From positions 5,458,001-5,522,000 of the forward strand of contig NC_058383.1 in the NCBI RefSeq assembly GCF_018350175.1: a stretch of 64,000 bases of DNA. Reading direction: 5' to 3'. The DNA comes from Felis catus. Lineage: Eukaryota. Of the stretch, positions 1 to 13,663 are shown piece by piece. The notes under the pieces were generated by a model. The model saw nothing but the letters and a program-made list of their open reading frames with translations. It did not search any database and had not been told where the DNA came from. A program made the position numbers and the translations under genes. Position 1 is the first letter of the stretch. Each line of letters begins with the position of its first letter.

Positions 1-225
1 GGGTCAGACGGACACAGTAGACTCGTCCATCACAGCAAATGGCACTGGATGGACGACTTTCCAAAGAAGTCTTGACTCTGATATTTCCCAGCTCTCTCCT
101 ACATCACACACACGAAAAAGGCAACATGGAGGAAAGCACCCAACCATTCCCAAACCCCAGACCTAAAATTGCAGGAAAAACGGGGCATTTGAGACCTCCC
201 TCAAGGTTTTTTTGCTTTTGGGTTT

Positions 226-440
226 GTTTTTTTTTTAATGTTTATTTTATTTTTGAGAGAGAGGGACAGAGCATGAGCAGGGGAGGGGCAGAGAGAGAGA
301 GGGAGACACAGAATCCTAAGCTGGCTCCAGGCTCCGAGCTGTCAGCACAGAGCCTGACGTGGGGCTCGAACTCATGAACCGTGAGATCGTGGCCTGAGCC
401 AAAGTCGGACACTCGGCCGACTGAGCCACCCAGGCGCCCC
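226..440 (-). mobile_element. Can-SINE (SINEC_Fc type)
   Basis: Reverse-complement GGGGCGCCTGGGTGGCTCAGTCGG head, (CT)n linker, A-rich tail. Confidence 0.95.
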
Positions 441-529
441 TGCTTTTTGTTTTTTGTTTGTTTTTTTTGTTTTTAGCATTTGGCAAATATTTGTTGAATC
501 CCTACGTAGCCAGCACTGTGTTAGACTCT

Positions 530-900
530 TTTCTTTAATCGTGGTAAAAAATACGTAATATAATATTTGCCCTTTGAGCTGTTTTTAAGGATACGTACGG
601 TAGTGTTAACTATATGCTCATGGTTGTACAAGAGATCTCTAGAACTTTTTCCTCCTGTAAAACTGACCTCTATGCCCATTGAACAAGAAGTCCCCCTTCC
701 CCCTCCCAACACCCTGGCAACCACCGTTCTCCTTCCTGTCTCTGGGAGTTAGACTACTTTAGACACCTCTTGTAAGTGGGATCTTGCCTCATTTGTCTTT
801 TTGTGACTGGCTTATTTCCTTAGCATAATATCCTCAAGTTTCATCCATGGGTTCATCCCTGTAGTGACATATGACAGGATTTCCTTATGTTTTAAGGCTG
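530..900 (-). mobile_element. Old L1 (L1MB-like) 3' end fragment
   Basis: Resembles recalled L1MB 3'UTR (ccctggcaaccaccgttct...ggcttatttccttagcataat). Confidence 0.75.
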
Positions 901-908
901 AATTCAAA

Positions 909-1131
909 TTAAAAAAAAATTTTTTTTAACATGTATTCATTTTGGAGAACAGAGAGAGACAGAGTGCGAGCGGGGGAGGGGCCGAGAGAGAGGGAGACAC
1001 AGAATCCGAAGCAGGCTCCAGGCTCCGAGCTGTCAGCACAGAGCCCGAGGTGGGGCTCGAACCCACAAACTGTGAGATCGTGATCTGAGCCTAAGTTGGG
1101 CACTCAACCGACTGAGCCACCCAGGCGCCCC
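909..1131 (-). mobile_element. Can-SINE
   Basis: Full head/body/tail; TSD tgaattcaa on both sides. Confidence 0.95.
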
Positions 1132-2112
1132 TGAATTCAAGTTTTTTTAAAGTCAAAAACCAATCCCATGTTGCAATCAGAAATAGTCAGTGGCTTCGAA
1201 GAAGACAATTCAGGATCGTTAGACTCTTCCCTGGGAAATACCGTCAGGATAGTCACCTTTAGTTTGTCCCAAAATATACCCCCCTACGTACTCCCAGCAT
1301 TGCTGGTGTCGTCAATGAGAACTTTCTCTCAGGAACACCCACAGCATTTCTTAAATTACCAAACATCAAGTCGGCACTATTTCTGTCTTGCCCACATGAT
1401 ATGCCCCAATGCCTGGTACAGTCCCTGACCTAGTTAGGTGCTCAGTAATTATTTGATGAATGGATAAATGAAATCGGCAAAAAAGAGCTTGAAACCAGGA
1501 TTACCAGCCAGCATCAACTTGCCCAGCCCTAAGAAAGCAGTTTCTGAAAATCAGTCTCAAGAATGTAGGTTGCTGACACTAAGTTGCCATAGAAACTCGC
1601 TGAGTCGTTTCTTTCCGTGGAAGGGCTTACAATTGTCCATAGAGATAAAAAAACATTTTAAAAAATCTTCCCACTTAAATGAAAATAGCATATAGGTTAA
1701 ACCAAGACACTTTAGATTTTCTTGCTACTTTTCTGATAGGGAGTAAAGATAAGAAAGACCCAGTAAACATATCCTCTGAATCAACGAGGCAGCCATGATT
1801 ATATGTGAATTCCAGTGTGTGCCATCTGGGGGTCAAAACGTTGGTTCATGCAAAAGAACAAATATTGTATGGCTCCCTTTTTATGAAGCCCTCGAGTCAT
1901 TAAATACACAGGGACAGAAAGAATGGTGGGTACCAGAGAGTGAGGGAGAGGGGAGAGGGGGTAGATGTTTAATGGGGGCAGAGTTTTGGGGCACCTGGGT
2001 GGCTCAGTTGGTTGAGCGTCTGACTCCTGGTTTTAGCTCAGGTCATGATCATGCGGTTCGTCAGGGTGAAGGTCTGTGTTTGCTCAACTCTGTATCCCCA
2101 GTGTGGATGCAA

Positions 2113-2380
2113 GTGAAGACCAATCAAATGAGAACAGGCAAAGGCTATTAATCCAGAGCCTCCCCGAGCAAGGGAGTGAGCCCTTGAATTCAGCAGAGAC
2201 TCCAAGGCAGGCAGAGGAGCGGGAAAGCTTTATGGCGGAAAAAAGACAGGGTTCACATATGTCCTGAGAGGAGGCTGTTGGCCTGGGAAAGCTGACCATC
2301 CTATGTGACGGTGTGAGGGGACATACTTGGCTTCCTCTGGTCGGTCCTCAGTTGGAAGCAAAAATTAAAACGAAGGAAGC
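2113..2380 (-). mobile_element. ERV1-like LTR fragment
   Basis: tgaagaccaatcaaatgagaacaggcaaaggcta... resembles the reverse of a carnivore LTR U5/R region; family uncertain. Confidence 0.5.
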
Positions 2381-2382
2381 TG

Positions 2383-2592
2383 GGGGCGCCCGGGTAGCTC
2401 AGTCGGTTAAGTGTCTGACTCTTGGTTTCAGCCCAGGTCACAATCCCATGGTTCATGAGTTGGTTCATGAGTTCAAGTCCTGTGTTGGGCTCTGCATTGA
2501 CAGTGTGGAGCCTGCTTGGGAGTCTGGCTCCCTGTCTGTCTCTGCCTCTCCCCCCCCCCAAAATAAATTTTAAAAAAATAAATAAAAATAAT
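2383..2592 (+). mobile_element. Can-SINE
   Basis: Head, body and A tail. Confidence 0.9.
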
Positions 2593-2839
2593 ACAACCTA
2601 CTCTCTAGGATTAATGACAGGGAATACAGGTGAAGCACTTGACATTGGGCCAGGCACAGAGTTAGCAAACAATAAATGGTGGCCATTGTTGCTGTTATTT
2701 GCTTTGCAGCCTTTTCAAAACAAAGATATTCTGGGTAAAGCTCATCTAAGGTGCCAGAGGGACAGTAGTTACCCTTGAGGGGAGGGCAGGGACTGGGGGT
2801 GAGGAGGTTCTGCTGTGTTGATATTGTTTTATTTATTTA

Positions 2840-2890
2840 TTGTTAAGTTTATTGATTTGATTTATTTTGAGAGAGAGAGTGGGGGGGGAG

Positions 2891-2926
<36 letters not shown>

Positions 2927-3045
2927 CCCAAGCAGGCTCTACGCTGCCAGTGCAGAGCCCAACGCAGGGACCGAACTCACGAACCATTAGATCACGACCT
3001 GAGCCAAAGTCTGATGCTTATCCGACCGAGCCCCCCAGGTGCCCT
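2840..3045 (-). mobile_element. Can-SINE with expanded (GA)n
   Basis: Reverse-complement SINE body. Confidence 0.9.
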
Positions 3046-3125
3046 GGTGCTGGTTACATTTTTATGAAAATTTAGTATTTTCTGTGTGGGTGTTTTGCTT
3101 CCACAGAAAGTTGACTTAAAACAAA

Positions 3126-3347
3126 TTTTTTTAATGTTTAGTTTATATTTTTTGAGAGAGAGAGACAGAGAGACAGAGGGAGGGAGGGAGGGAGGGGCAG
3201 AGAGAGAGAGGCAGGCACAGATCTGAAGCAGGTTCCAGGCTCTGAGCTGTCAGCACGGACTCCGACGTGGGGCTCAAAGTCATGAACCGTGAGATCATGA
3301 CTTGAGCCAAAGTTGGACGCTTAATTGATTGAGTCACCAGGCGCCCC
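3126..3347 (-). mobile_element. Can-SINE
   Basis: TSD aaagttgactt on both sides. Confidence 0.95.
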
Positions 3348-3660
3348 AAAAGTTGACTTTTAATAAATGGTCGAGCATGGAAGAGTGGAGGGTTCTGCTC
3401 TGTGACCATGGCCCTTAAGTGTGGCGGGTGAAGGCTGTGGGACCAGGCATTGGCCAGCTGTGACCTCTCTCTGTCCTTTGGGCTGATCGATCACAGGGCT
3501 TTCGGGACATCAGTGAGTGAGGCCCAGACACTCAGCTGTGGTGACTCCTGTGTCCATAGCAGGGCTGAGAAAGAGAAACTTAACAGGAACCATTAGGTGA
3601 CTGTGCCCTGTGACTGAGGGAAATGACCTCACAACTCAGAAAGAGAAGCCATTCTGGCCC

Positions 3661-4200
3661 CAAGGGGATCAGACTCTGCCACCCCAAAATATGCCGCTTG
3701 AACTATTTTGAGCCGAAGGCAGCTGAGGAACAATGAACACAAGAGGAGGTCTCTGATCTCTGCTTATCTGTCTAAAAGTAGGGCATAAATTTCCCGAGAG
3801 GAAAGTTCCTTCTCTGTACCAGGAATGGAGAGCAACCCATCTCCGGGATGGAGAGTTGATGCCGGGAGAAGTCTGCATAAACAGACCTTTCTAAAATACC
3901 CCTTCTCTTCCATTAGTCCCCCATGTATTTCCTAGTCACTTCCCCATGGTTTATCACTCCCAGGAGCCCGAATCCCCTTTCCTTGGTTTAGCCACTTCTC
4001 CAAAATTTATCGCCCCAAAATATATAAGCTCCTAGGTCTAGTTGTCCTTTTGAATTTCGCTTCTTTGCTGCGAACACCATGTAAGTAAAATCATACTGTG
4101 CCTTTTTTTTTTCCTGTTAATCTGTCTTTCGTTGGTTTAATTAGCATGTCCCAGTACCAGAACCTAAGAGATTAGAGGGAAAGTTTCTTCCTCCCCTACA
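3661..4200 (+). mobile_element. MER34-like ERV1 solo LTR
   Basis: Starts ...gatcagactctgccaccccaaaatatgcc, ends ttcctcccctaca; 4-bp flank gccc on both sides. Confidence 0.8.
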
Positions 4201-5106
4201 GCCCCATCACAGAGAGGCCTCCCTGTCTACCCATCAGTCTCATCACCTTGTGTTTTTTCTCCAGAGCACTTACCGTGATCTAGTTTCTTTTGCTTGCTCA
4301 GTGTCCATCTCCTCCCCCAAAACAGAAGCTCCTGGAAGGTAGGGACTGGGTGTGTCCTGTTTCCCCTCAATCCCCAGGGCTTGTCATTGACTAGCATCAA
4401 AGACTCCAGCAGTGGAGACTAGAGGGCCTGGGTTCCCCTGAGGGACAATGACAGTCATGAGGTGGACCTGGTGGGAGTCTCAAGTCTTACTTAAATAATG
4501 GCCAGTACGGTTAAAACCATCCATCATGCTTTGTTGTTCCCCACCTATTCCAAAAGAGTCTCAAATGTCTTATAAGACTGCAGCAAATTATTTGAAAACA
4601 CGAAGGGCTGAGATTCTTAAATGTCAGGGATGAAAAAGCTAGGATCGCGGGAAAGCAACTTCTGACTGGCAAGATAAGAACCCCCCAAATCTGAATTTCA
4701 ATACCTCGCTGATACATCTGTACAGTGATATGGGGAGACATCTAGTTGCTGGAGTTTATTTACAAGTGAGATGTTTCTCTGGTGAAGGCTTTCCTTTACC
4801 CACCCAAAGAGGCTTGGAAAACATTTATTAAATGGGTTTTCACCCAGGAGCTTAGAATAAGCTCCTTAGTGAGAAGATACTGCTATTTGCTCACAAAAAA
4901 ACCGCACAGCGTCTTAGGGGTGAATGGAAAGGACAGCTTGCAGGTTTCACAACAAAATGAGTAACAAGGTATGGTAGTTTCTCAGAGGACACAGTCTGGG
5001 CCTGTAAGCATTGACCTCCACTGGGTTTAGAGTTTTTATGAAACCTTGGGTAGGATGCGTCCCTGTGACCTCCTGTGGGTGTGGCCACGAAACGAGGTTT
5101 GTAACC

Positions 5107-5477
5107 AACACCAGCTCCATAATCTGTGGGACCCGGTAGAAAAATTAAATGCAAGGCTCCTTGTTCACAAATTAAGAATTTCAATATGGCAGCAGCAGAG
5201 CATTAAATCAAGCGTGGGGCCCTTCCTGGGGAGCCTGGGGGGCTCAATCGGTTAAGCGTCTGACTTCCGCTCAGGTCATGATCTCACAGTTCGTGGGTTC
5301 CAGCCCCGCGTCGGGGCTGCTGGTATGGAGCCTGCTTTTCGCTCTCTTCTCTCTCTCGGCCCCTCCCCCACTTGCGCTTTCTCTCTACCTCTCAAAATAA
5401 ATAAACTTAAAAAAAATAAAAAGAAAGCGAGCATAAGGTCCTTCCAAGTGCAGATCGCACCCACAGAGCTGACCCTG
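5107..5477 (-). mobile_element. MER45-like hAT DNA transposon relic interrupted by a Can-SINE (5228-5424, +)
   Basis: cagagcattaaatcaagcgtggggcccttc and ...cacccacagagctgaccctg resemble recalled MER45A. Confidence 0.65.
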
Positions 5478-6276
5478 CTCATGACTTACGTTTGTTCAAC
5501 ATTGCCTGGTTTGCCAATATCATGTCACGTCATTAGTCGTCCCAACAACTCTGTGAAATATTACTATCCCCACGAGGAGAAGGGGAGGTTAAGAGACACT
5601 CCAGGTCAATTAGCTACTTAAGTGGCAGGGCCTGAACTCATCCTTAGAATTTTCCTTGGTGTCAGCTGAAAAATTCCCAAGACAGCCAGGCTTCTGGGTT
5701 TCCACAACCGCTTCTTCCCCCTAGAAAGAAAAGGGTTTATTTAGGTTTGCTTTCAAGCCCACTAGACAAAGAATGACAGGTTCTCTGGCGCAGGTGAATC
5801 ATCACCCCCATCCATTCCCTTACCTCCCCCTGCCCTGGGAGAGGGTCACGATAGGTGGTCCTGAAGCATCATTTCAAGTTGGGGAGCTGGCAGCTGTTTG
5901 GGAAGTTGAGCATATATATATATATATATACCCACCTATTGATTGCCCTTGATGGTTCACTTCAGATCCAGGGAGTCATGCGTGTTTCCTTAGGGAGAGT
6001 TTGTAAGGGCAGCACAGGATACCACACTTTAACAAGACGGTAGCTTCACTTAAGCGTAATGTGTGTCTAGACATACACTTAAAATTGGGAACACTAACAC
6101 AGTAAGTGGCTAGGCTAGGACACATTCAGCAAATGAGTGAACAAGCCCCTAGCCTGGCTTATATATCTCTCTGTCTCTTTGCCACTTGCCCCCACCCCAC
6201 CCCGTGTGCGTGTGTGCATGTGTGGGTGTGTGTGTGAAGGTTAAATAATTTTGAAAGTATTATTAAAAACATGCTC

Positions 6277-6505
6277 GGGGCGCCTGGGTGGCGCAGTCGG
6301 TTGGGCGTCCGACTTCAGCCAGGTTACGATCTCGCGGTCCGTGAGTTCGAGCCTCGCGTCAGGCTCTTGGCTGATGGCTCAGAGCCTGGAGCCTGTTTCC
6401 GATTCTGTGTCTCCCTCTCTCTCTGCCCCTTCCCCGTTCATGCTCTGTCTCTCTCTGTCCCAAAAATAAATAAACGTTGAAAAAAAAAATTAAAAAAAAA
6501 TAAAT
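6277..6505 (+). mobile_element. Young Can-SINE
   Basis: CpG-rich; perfect TSD aaaaacatgctc (6265-6276 / 6506-6517). Confidence 0.97.
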
Positions 6506-6546
6506 AAAAACATGCTCTTGGTAGAAAACATAGAAAAGAAAGAAAG

Positions 6547-6770
6547 AGGGGTGCCTGGGTGGCTCAGTCGGTTGAGCGTCCGACTTCAGCTCAGGTCACG
6601 ATCTCGCAGTCCGTGAGTTCGAGCCCTGCGTCGGGCTCTGGGCTGATGGCTCAGAGCCTGGAGCCTGTTTCAGATTCTGTGTCTCCCTTTCTCTGACCCT
6701 CCCCCGTTCATGCTCTGTCTCTCTCTGTCTCAAAAATAAATAAACGTTAAAAAAATTAAAAAAAAAAAAG
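6547..6770 (+). mobile_element. Can-SINE followed by purine-rich low-complexity tract
   Basis: Complete SINE, then GAAA-type repeats to about 6850. Confidence 0.95.
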
Positions 6771-7137
6771 AAAAGAATGAAAGAAAGAAAGAAGAAGGAA
6801 GAAAGAGAAGGAAGCAGAGGGGAAAGAGAAGGAGAAAGGCAGAAGAAAAATGAATGTAATTCATCACTAACGATGACAATGTAAATATTTCAGGGATCCT
6901 TTAAGATGTATTGATTTTTAAAAATATTTTAAATATTAAAATGGAGCCATGACCTCAACAACTTGCTTTTTCACTTAATGCACTGTAAACATTTCCCCCT
7001 GTCAATGAGTATAAATCTATATACCGTGATTTGTAGTGGCTGTGTATAACTCTCCTGCACGGGGGGCTCTGATGTCATCAACCCCAATTATTGGACCTCT
7101 AGGTTTTTTCATATTTTTACTATTATAAGAAGTGCAC

Positions 7138-7341
7138 GGGGCACCTGGTTGGCTCGGTTGGTGAAGCATCCGACTTCAGCTCAAGTTGTGATCTCACGGT
7201 TTGCGAGTTTGAGTCCCACATCGGGCTCTGCCCTCACAGCGCAGAGCCTGCTTGGGATTCTCTCTCTCCCTCTCTCTCTGTCTCTACCTGTGCACTCTCT
7301 CTCTTTCTCTCTCAAAAAACAAAGTAACCATTAAAAAAAAA
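7138..7341 (+). mobile_element. Can-SINE
   Basis: TSD aagaagtgcac. Confidence 0.93.
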
Positions 7342-8184
7342 AGAAGTGCACGGATGAACATCCCCATAGCAAAATCTGTGAGTCCATCCTTTTTTTTTTC
7401 TTTAGGGTGCATTCCCCGAAGTATCTTGTAATACTCATTTGTTTAGCCAGTATCTGTTGGATGCCTTCTACACGCCAGACATTGTGCCACATGCTGGCTT
7501 TTAAACAATGAGAAATTGAGTAATTGCCCAGTTAATTTCACCTAACATCCGTGCAGTGGTTGGTGCGGTTGGCAGAATTTCTACGGACGTCCCTCAAAAG
7601 TCCATACCCCAGTGCCTGGACCTGCAAAATATAATCACGCTGATCACTAATGAATGAATACTTACAAAATGAGGAATTATTTGCAAGACTTAGTTGGCCA
7701 TGTTAAGAAGTTGGCATTCAGAGCAAAAAGGATCCACTGAAAGCTCCTATGGAGGGAGCGACTGAATTAGATTTGTATTTTCAAACAGTGCCTCTGGCTG
7801 CTGCGTGGAGAAGGATTGGCAGGGGCCAGAGCGATACTGGGGACCAGTGAGAAGATGACCGTTGTCGTCCAGGGGAGAGAGGAAAGCTTGGAGCAGGGGC
7901 GGTCGTGGAACTGAAAAGGAATGAGTAGATTTGAGAGGTATTAGGGGGTTAAGCAGACTGAGTTTGGTCGTGGCCGAGGGCAGGGAGGGGCACAGGCGTC
8001 AGCGATGGCTCCAGGCGTGCTGGTGTTACCCTACACAGAGGCAGGGCGCCCAGGGAGGCAGCTTGGTCTGTGGGAGTTTGGCCAGGTTGAAGGGAAACAT
8101 CCATGTGGAGGCATCTAGTTCGATGTGTGCCCCTGGAGCTCAGAGGAGAGGTATAGGCAGAAAGTGAACATTTTTGAGTCCTTC

Positions 8185-8412
8185 TTTTTTTTTTTTTTTA
8201 ATGTTTATTTATTTTTGAGAGAGAGACAGAAACAGAGACAGAGACAGAGTGCGAGCAGGGGAAGGGCAGAGAAAGGGAAACAGAATCCGAAGCAGGCTCC
8301 AGGCTCTGAGCTGTCAGCACAGAACCCAAGGCGGGGCTTGAACCTACAAATCGTCAGATCAGACCTGGGCCGAAGTCAGCCACTCACCCGACTGAGCCAC
8401 CTAGGCGCCCCC
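8185..8412 (-). mobile_element. Can-SINE
   Basis: Reverse-complement SINE. Confidence 0.92.
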
Positions 8413-9473
8413 ACTAATAGCTATTTAGTTAGTTAGCCAATCAGTTAACTGATAACGTTCTTAGTAGCAGGCACATAATAGGAACTCCCTAAAAATGTAT
8501 CAAGTAAAGGAACAAGCTGACGGTCTAAGAGCTTGGGTGACTACCCCAAGGTCAGACAGCTGGGAAAGTCAGGGGGAGGGTGGGCTCCCGAGCCTTCTGA
8601 TTGTCTGTCTATTCAAGGCCACGTCTAGATAAGAACATGTAAGGGACTCTTGAGGCTTAGAACGGTCTCCTCAATTTGAACCTGACTCTGACCTCCGAGG
8701 TCTCTACCACCTTTGGATGACAATGCCCCCTCCTTGAAGTGTCTTATTGGCTCGTTTTCCTGGAGACCTGATTCCCCGGGACGATGTCCGGCCAATCCAA
8801 GGAAGCTCCCCAGAGCATCCCAGGGAAAGAGAGACTGATAAGAAGAGTGTGTTCCCTGGAGGAAGAGTCGCGGCCCCTCTCTCATTATGTTGGGTTTAGT
8901 TGCGATTTCTTTTTAATTAACTCACTTGGTCTCCATTAAACATTACCTCCAGCCCAACAGTAAGTTGACACGGAGATGCTCACATTTCTTGTTCATGAAA
9001 AAATCAGCCTTCTAAAGCATTTTGTTTCTTTTCTCCTCTAACATTTCATACGTGCCCGAGACGTTTGGGGCTCTCCTAATATTGTTTTGCCCTTGGTCAA
9101 CAATCGATAAGATAAAATAAAAATTGACCAAATAAACCACAGAGTTGGCCAGATGGCAAAAACATCGAGGACAGGTTTTTGGTGAAATGCGCCCAGGAAG
9201 TTCTTGGTGAGAAGTCCTCAGGTGTGGGAGCCATGGGGCTGGTCCCACCTGCTCTCATGGGCAGCTTGAGCAGGGCTCAAACTCACAAACCCCGAGATCA
9301 TGGCCTGAGCCAAGATCGAGAGTCAGATGCTCAACTGACCGAGCCACCCAGGCGCCCCATGGCTGGTCTTTTCACTTTGGGACACACTCCTTGGCACGTA
9401 GTGGCATCTTGTTGTGGTTTGAATCTGCATCTCTCTAGTAACTAGTGACCTTACCCATCTTTTCATGTGCTTA

Positions 9474-9833
9474 CGCTGTGGACTGAATGTTTGTCTCTCT
9501 CCTCAAATTCAAATGTTGAAACTGAATCCCCAAATGTGACGGTATTTGGAGGTGGGGCCTTCAAGAGGCCATTGATGAGATCGTGAGGGTGGGGCCCCCA
9601 TGACTGGGGTTACACCCTATAAAAGAGACCCCCAGAGCGCTCCCCTGCCCCCTTCTGCCTTGCAGGGGCGCAGAGAGCAGGCACTGGCTGCGGTCCAGGA
9701 AGAGGGCTCTCCACAGGCACGAGGCCTGCCGTCTTGATCTGGGACTTCTGGCCTCCACAACCGGGAGAAAGGAGTTTCTGTTGTTTAAGCCCCCCGGTCT
9801 GTGGCATTCTGTTATAGCAACCCGAATAAGACA
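9474..9833 (+). mobile_element. MaLR MLT1A/B-like solo LTR
   Basis: (t/c)gctgtggactgaatgtttgt...ctgtggcattctgttatagcaacccgaataagaca; 5-bp TSD gctta (9469-9473 / 9834-9838). Confidence 0.9.
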
Positions 9834-9880
9834 GCTTATCTGCTGTCCATATGGAGAATTACTTTTAAAGATAAGATCAA

Positions 9881-10070
9881 GGGGCGCCTGGGTGGTTAAG
9901 CGGCCAACTTGGGCTCAGGTCATGATCTCACGGTTCATGGGTTCGAGCTCCGAGTCGGGCTCTGTGCTGACAGCTCGGAGCCTGACGCCTGCTTCGGATT
10001 CTGTGTCTCCCTCTCTCTCTGCCCCTCCCTCCCTCCCTCTCAAAAAGAAATAGACATTAAAAAAAAAAAT
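9881..10070 (+). mobile_element. Can-SINE
   Basis: TSD aagataagatca. Confidence 0.93.
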
Positions 10071-11689
10071 TCAAGATAAGATCACTAACAGCATGTTTGG
10101 GTGAAAATTCGGTGATGGAGGAGAGGGAGGGGGCGGTGAGTGAAGAGATGTCCATGACTGGGTGGGAGGGGACGGGGTCCGGTATGCACCTGGAGAGCCG
10201 CCTGGTGCATCTTAAAGGTGAGGCAGGAAGGCAGGTGTGTCTGGGGGGGGGGGGCAGGGGCCGGGGGAGGGCAGTAAAGCTCTCTTCTGATGGCTTCTAT
10301 TTTCTCAGGTAGGGAGAGAGCAAGCCATCTGCTGAGAATGAAGATGTGTTGAGGTTTGAGGAAGGAAAGACTGACCTGGGTATGTGTTGGAGAGAGAGGG
10401 CGGGAGAGAGAGACAGGGAGAGAGGGAGAGACAGGGAGAACGAGAGACAAAGAGCATCGTGTCCCAGCAGGAACTCTCACTTGCAGGAAACACTGAAGAT
10501 TTCAAGGACCTGCAGAATGTGACAGGCTCTGTCTGTAGTTTAATACCAACTGGATCTGACCCGGGATTCCCATTAACCAAATGTGGTGTCATCGTGACCC
10601 AGTCACCTGATCTAGTCACCTAGAGCCTCTTTGTAAGTGCTGAAGGTGTTTTTTGGCCAGCATCAGCACAACTGAGCAGTATGATGGGCAAACGTCTGAA
10701 TTATTCATGTTTTTGACCTATTCTAACGAGAACTTTGTCCAAAAGGCTAAATTATTAAGCACCCGGGTGCGATCTTGCAGTATGCTGTCTAGAAAACTGG
10801 GACACAGTGAATTTTCTTGCTGGTTTTGCTTCTTAAGGGAGTTGAGACTTTACTAACCATTCGCGGTTGCTCCCCAAATAAAGACGGTGATGCCGACAGA
10901 AGAAAATTAAATTCAGGGAACCAAACATACTCAGCAGTGCCGTGGAAGTCCAACGAGAACAACTGAACACTTGGACAACACATACCCTACGCATTTAGAG
11001 AAAGTGAGTTCAGTTATAAGTGGAAATAAATAGGTAATGGCAATACTGAAATCTTTAGTTCTTTTACTCAGTTTGGGAAAATGAAATTAATACACACATG
11101 TAGATGCGAGGCAAGTACGCTAATCTTTTAATAATGGTCGAGCTGTCTGGTTTTTTGCCCTCCATTTAGATAAAGATTTTAAAGCAATCCCATAACTACA
11201 GGGCGGTTTAAGGGCTGTTCCTGAATATTATATGGATTTGTGCAAAATTTCAGGGCTGCAATTTTCCATACAGATAACACTGAGGTTTCGCGATTTGTAT
11301 TCAGGGACTTCTAAAGATACTGGGTATTATTAGAAGGACATTATATGCATGCTGACGGGTGAAATGACATATTCTGTCTTGGATTTGCTTTACTGCCCAG
11401 CAAAAAAAAGGGGGGAGGGGCAGTGGGAATAGGACACTACTAGAAAAATAATTATGGGTGACGGGTGCACAGCAGTTAGATTATTCTCTCTACTTTCGTG
11501 CATGTTTGGCCATTTACAGAATAAAGTTTAAAAACATGCCGTAAGACCCTCTTCTAAACCGACGTTAGGAATAAGCAGGTTACACTTTCCGAACTGAAAT
11601 TAAACGTCCATGCATTTCCCATTTCTGTGACTTCATGTTCCGGTAGTTCCTGACAGACCAAAACCAAGATGAAGGTCTCGAAGAGATGT

Positions 11690-12400
11690 TTATACACCTA
11701 TGTTCATAGCAGATGTTTGCACACCATGTGGACAAAAGTTAAACACGGAGGCAACCCAAGCGTCCATCAACCAATGAACGGATAAGCAAAACGTGGTCTA
11801 TTTATACAATGGAATATATTCAGCCTTAAAAAGAAAGGAAATTCAGGGCGCCTGGGGGGCTCAGTCGACTGGGCATCCGACTTCGGCTCAGGTCACGATC
11901 TCACAGCTTGTGAGTCCGAGCCCCGCGTCGGGCTCTGTGCCGACAGCTCGGAGCCTGGAGCCTGCTTCGGATTCTGTGTCTCCCTCTCTCTCGGCCCCTC
12001 CCCCGCTCACGCTCTGTCTCTCTCTCCTTCAAAAAAAATAAGTAAACGTTAAAAAAAGAAAGAAAGAAATAAAATCTGCAGTATGCTACAGCTTTGACGA
12101 AGTTTGAGGACATCATGCAAAGTGAAATAAGCCAGGCACCGGAAGACCAACGTTGTACGATTCTACCGATAAGAGGTACTTAGAATAGTCAAAATCAGAA
12201 AGACAGACGGTGGAACAGAACGGTCGTTGCCAGACTGGGAGCTAGTGTTGAACGGGGACAGAGTATCAGATTTATGAGACGAATGACTTACGGGGCCGGA
12301 TGGCCGTGGCAGCTGCACTCCGTGGGAATGTACTTATTGCACACTCAGCAATGGTTACGAAGGTAAATTTTGTGGCTTTGTGTATTCTAACACAATCAAA
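11690..12400 (+). mobile_element. Old L1 (L1MB-like) 3' end containing a Can-SINE (11846-12070, +)
   Basis: caacccaagcgtccatcaaccaatgaacggataagcaaaacgtggt... and downstream 3'UTR motifs. Confidence 0.8.
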
Positions 12401-12909
12401 AAGAAGAAAAACCCACGATGAAGACCAAATCAAACCCCCCTACTCGATGGGCAGAATGAGTCTTCAAACTATTTGGCATTCATTCTTTTAAATTTATCTG
12501 CGGAGCGCCAACTGCATACAACACGCTTTTTTTTTTTTCCTCAGCGGTGGGGATGCAGGGGCAGACAACACAGACGAGGAGCCTCCCTTCCCAGAGCTCA
12601 GTGGCTGGTTGGGGAGACAGACTTTCAACCACCAAATAGGTGCATAAACATGACAAGTGACAGCAAACTAGAGAGATGCCTTCTGATGGAAAGAACGGTG
12701 GGGGTTCGTGGAGCATATGGCATTGAACCTGAGATCTGAAAAACGTGTAGGGGGCTAGCCAGGCAAGGTTGTTGGAGTGTGGCAGACTTTGTGGGGGGCG
12801 GGGGGGAGGAGTGGTCCACACAGAAGGGACATGTGTGTGAAGACCACAAAATGCACCTTATCCTAAAATCACTGGGGGTTCTGAGTTTGCTGTGGCTCTA
12901 TAGAAAAGT

Positions 12910-13098
12910 TGTAAACGTTTATTTATTATCGAGAGAGAAAGAGAGACACAGAGGGTGAGGGGGGAGGGAGACACAGAATCCAAGGCAGGCTCCGGGCTGG
13001 CAACACAGAGCCTGACACGGGGCTTGAACTCACAAACTGTGAGATCATAACCTGAGCCATAGTCAGACGCCTAACCCACTGAGCCACCCAGGCGCCCC
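12910..13098 (-). mobile_element. Can-SINE
   Basis: Reverse-complement SINE. Confidence 0.9.
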
Positions 13099-13111
13099 GG
13101 CTGGAAGTGTT

Positions 13112-13370
13112 TTAAAAGTCACTCCAAAGCTTAGTAGCTTCAAACTCCAACCACTTTCCTTGCTAACAGTTCTGTGGGTCAGCAATCCGGTCGGGCCTCA
13201 GCTGGGATGGCCCATCGATCCTGTGTGGTGTGAGCTGGGCGTACTCACCTCTGGGGCCTCAGCCAGGACTCCTGGGGCAGGTCGATGACGGGGCCTCTCG
13301 CCCAAAATGGCCTGTCGTTCTTAAAGAGGATGAACTGGTATTCTTTGTGGTGTGGTCGTTTCCAGATTCC
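13112..13370 (-). mobile_element. Old MaLR (MLT1-like) LTR fragment
   Basis: ccaaagcttagtagctt...ttctgtgggtcagcaatc...ctcagctgggatggc. Confidence 0.6.
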
Positions 13371-13458
13371 AGCATGCGACACTTGATCGTAGGGTTGTGA
13401 GTTCGAGCCCCCTGTGGGGTGTAGAGATTAGTTAAATAAATTAGAAAAGGCGGGGAGG

Positions 13459-13663
13459 GGGGCGCCTGGGTGGACCAGTCGGTTAGGCATCTGACTTCGG
13501 CTCGGGTCACAGTTCATGAGTTCGAGCCCCACATGGGCTCTGTGCTGACAGCTCAGAGCCCGGAGCTTGCTTCAGATTCTGTGTCTCCCTCTCTCTCTGA
13601 CTCTCCTCTGCTTGCACTCTGTCTCTCTCTCTCTCAAAAATGAATAAATGTTTAAAAAAAAAA
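13459..13663 (+). mobile_element. Can-SINE
   Basis: Head/body/tail. Confidence 0.92.

Noticed and set aside
1987..2110. SINE head abruptly fused to L2-like sequence
   Set aside because: Probably an ordinary deletion scar; nothing further supports function
10636..10700. Short gtgctga/tcagcac stem and C/D-box-like atgatgg...ctga
   Set aside because: C box imperfect, spacing too short, stem only 7 bp
10860..11009. Exon-like segment ending in aaa|gtgagt
   Set aside because: Stops in all three plus frames and no clear acceptor
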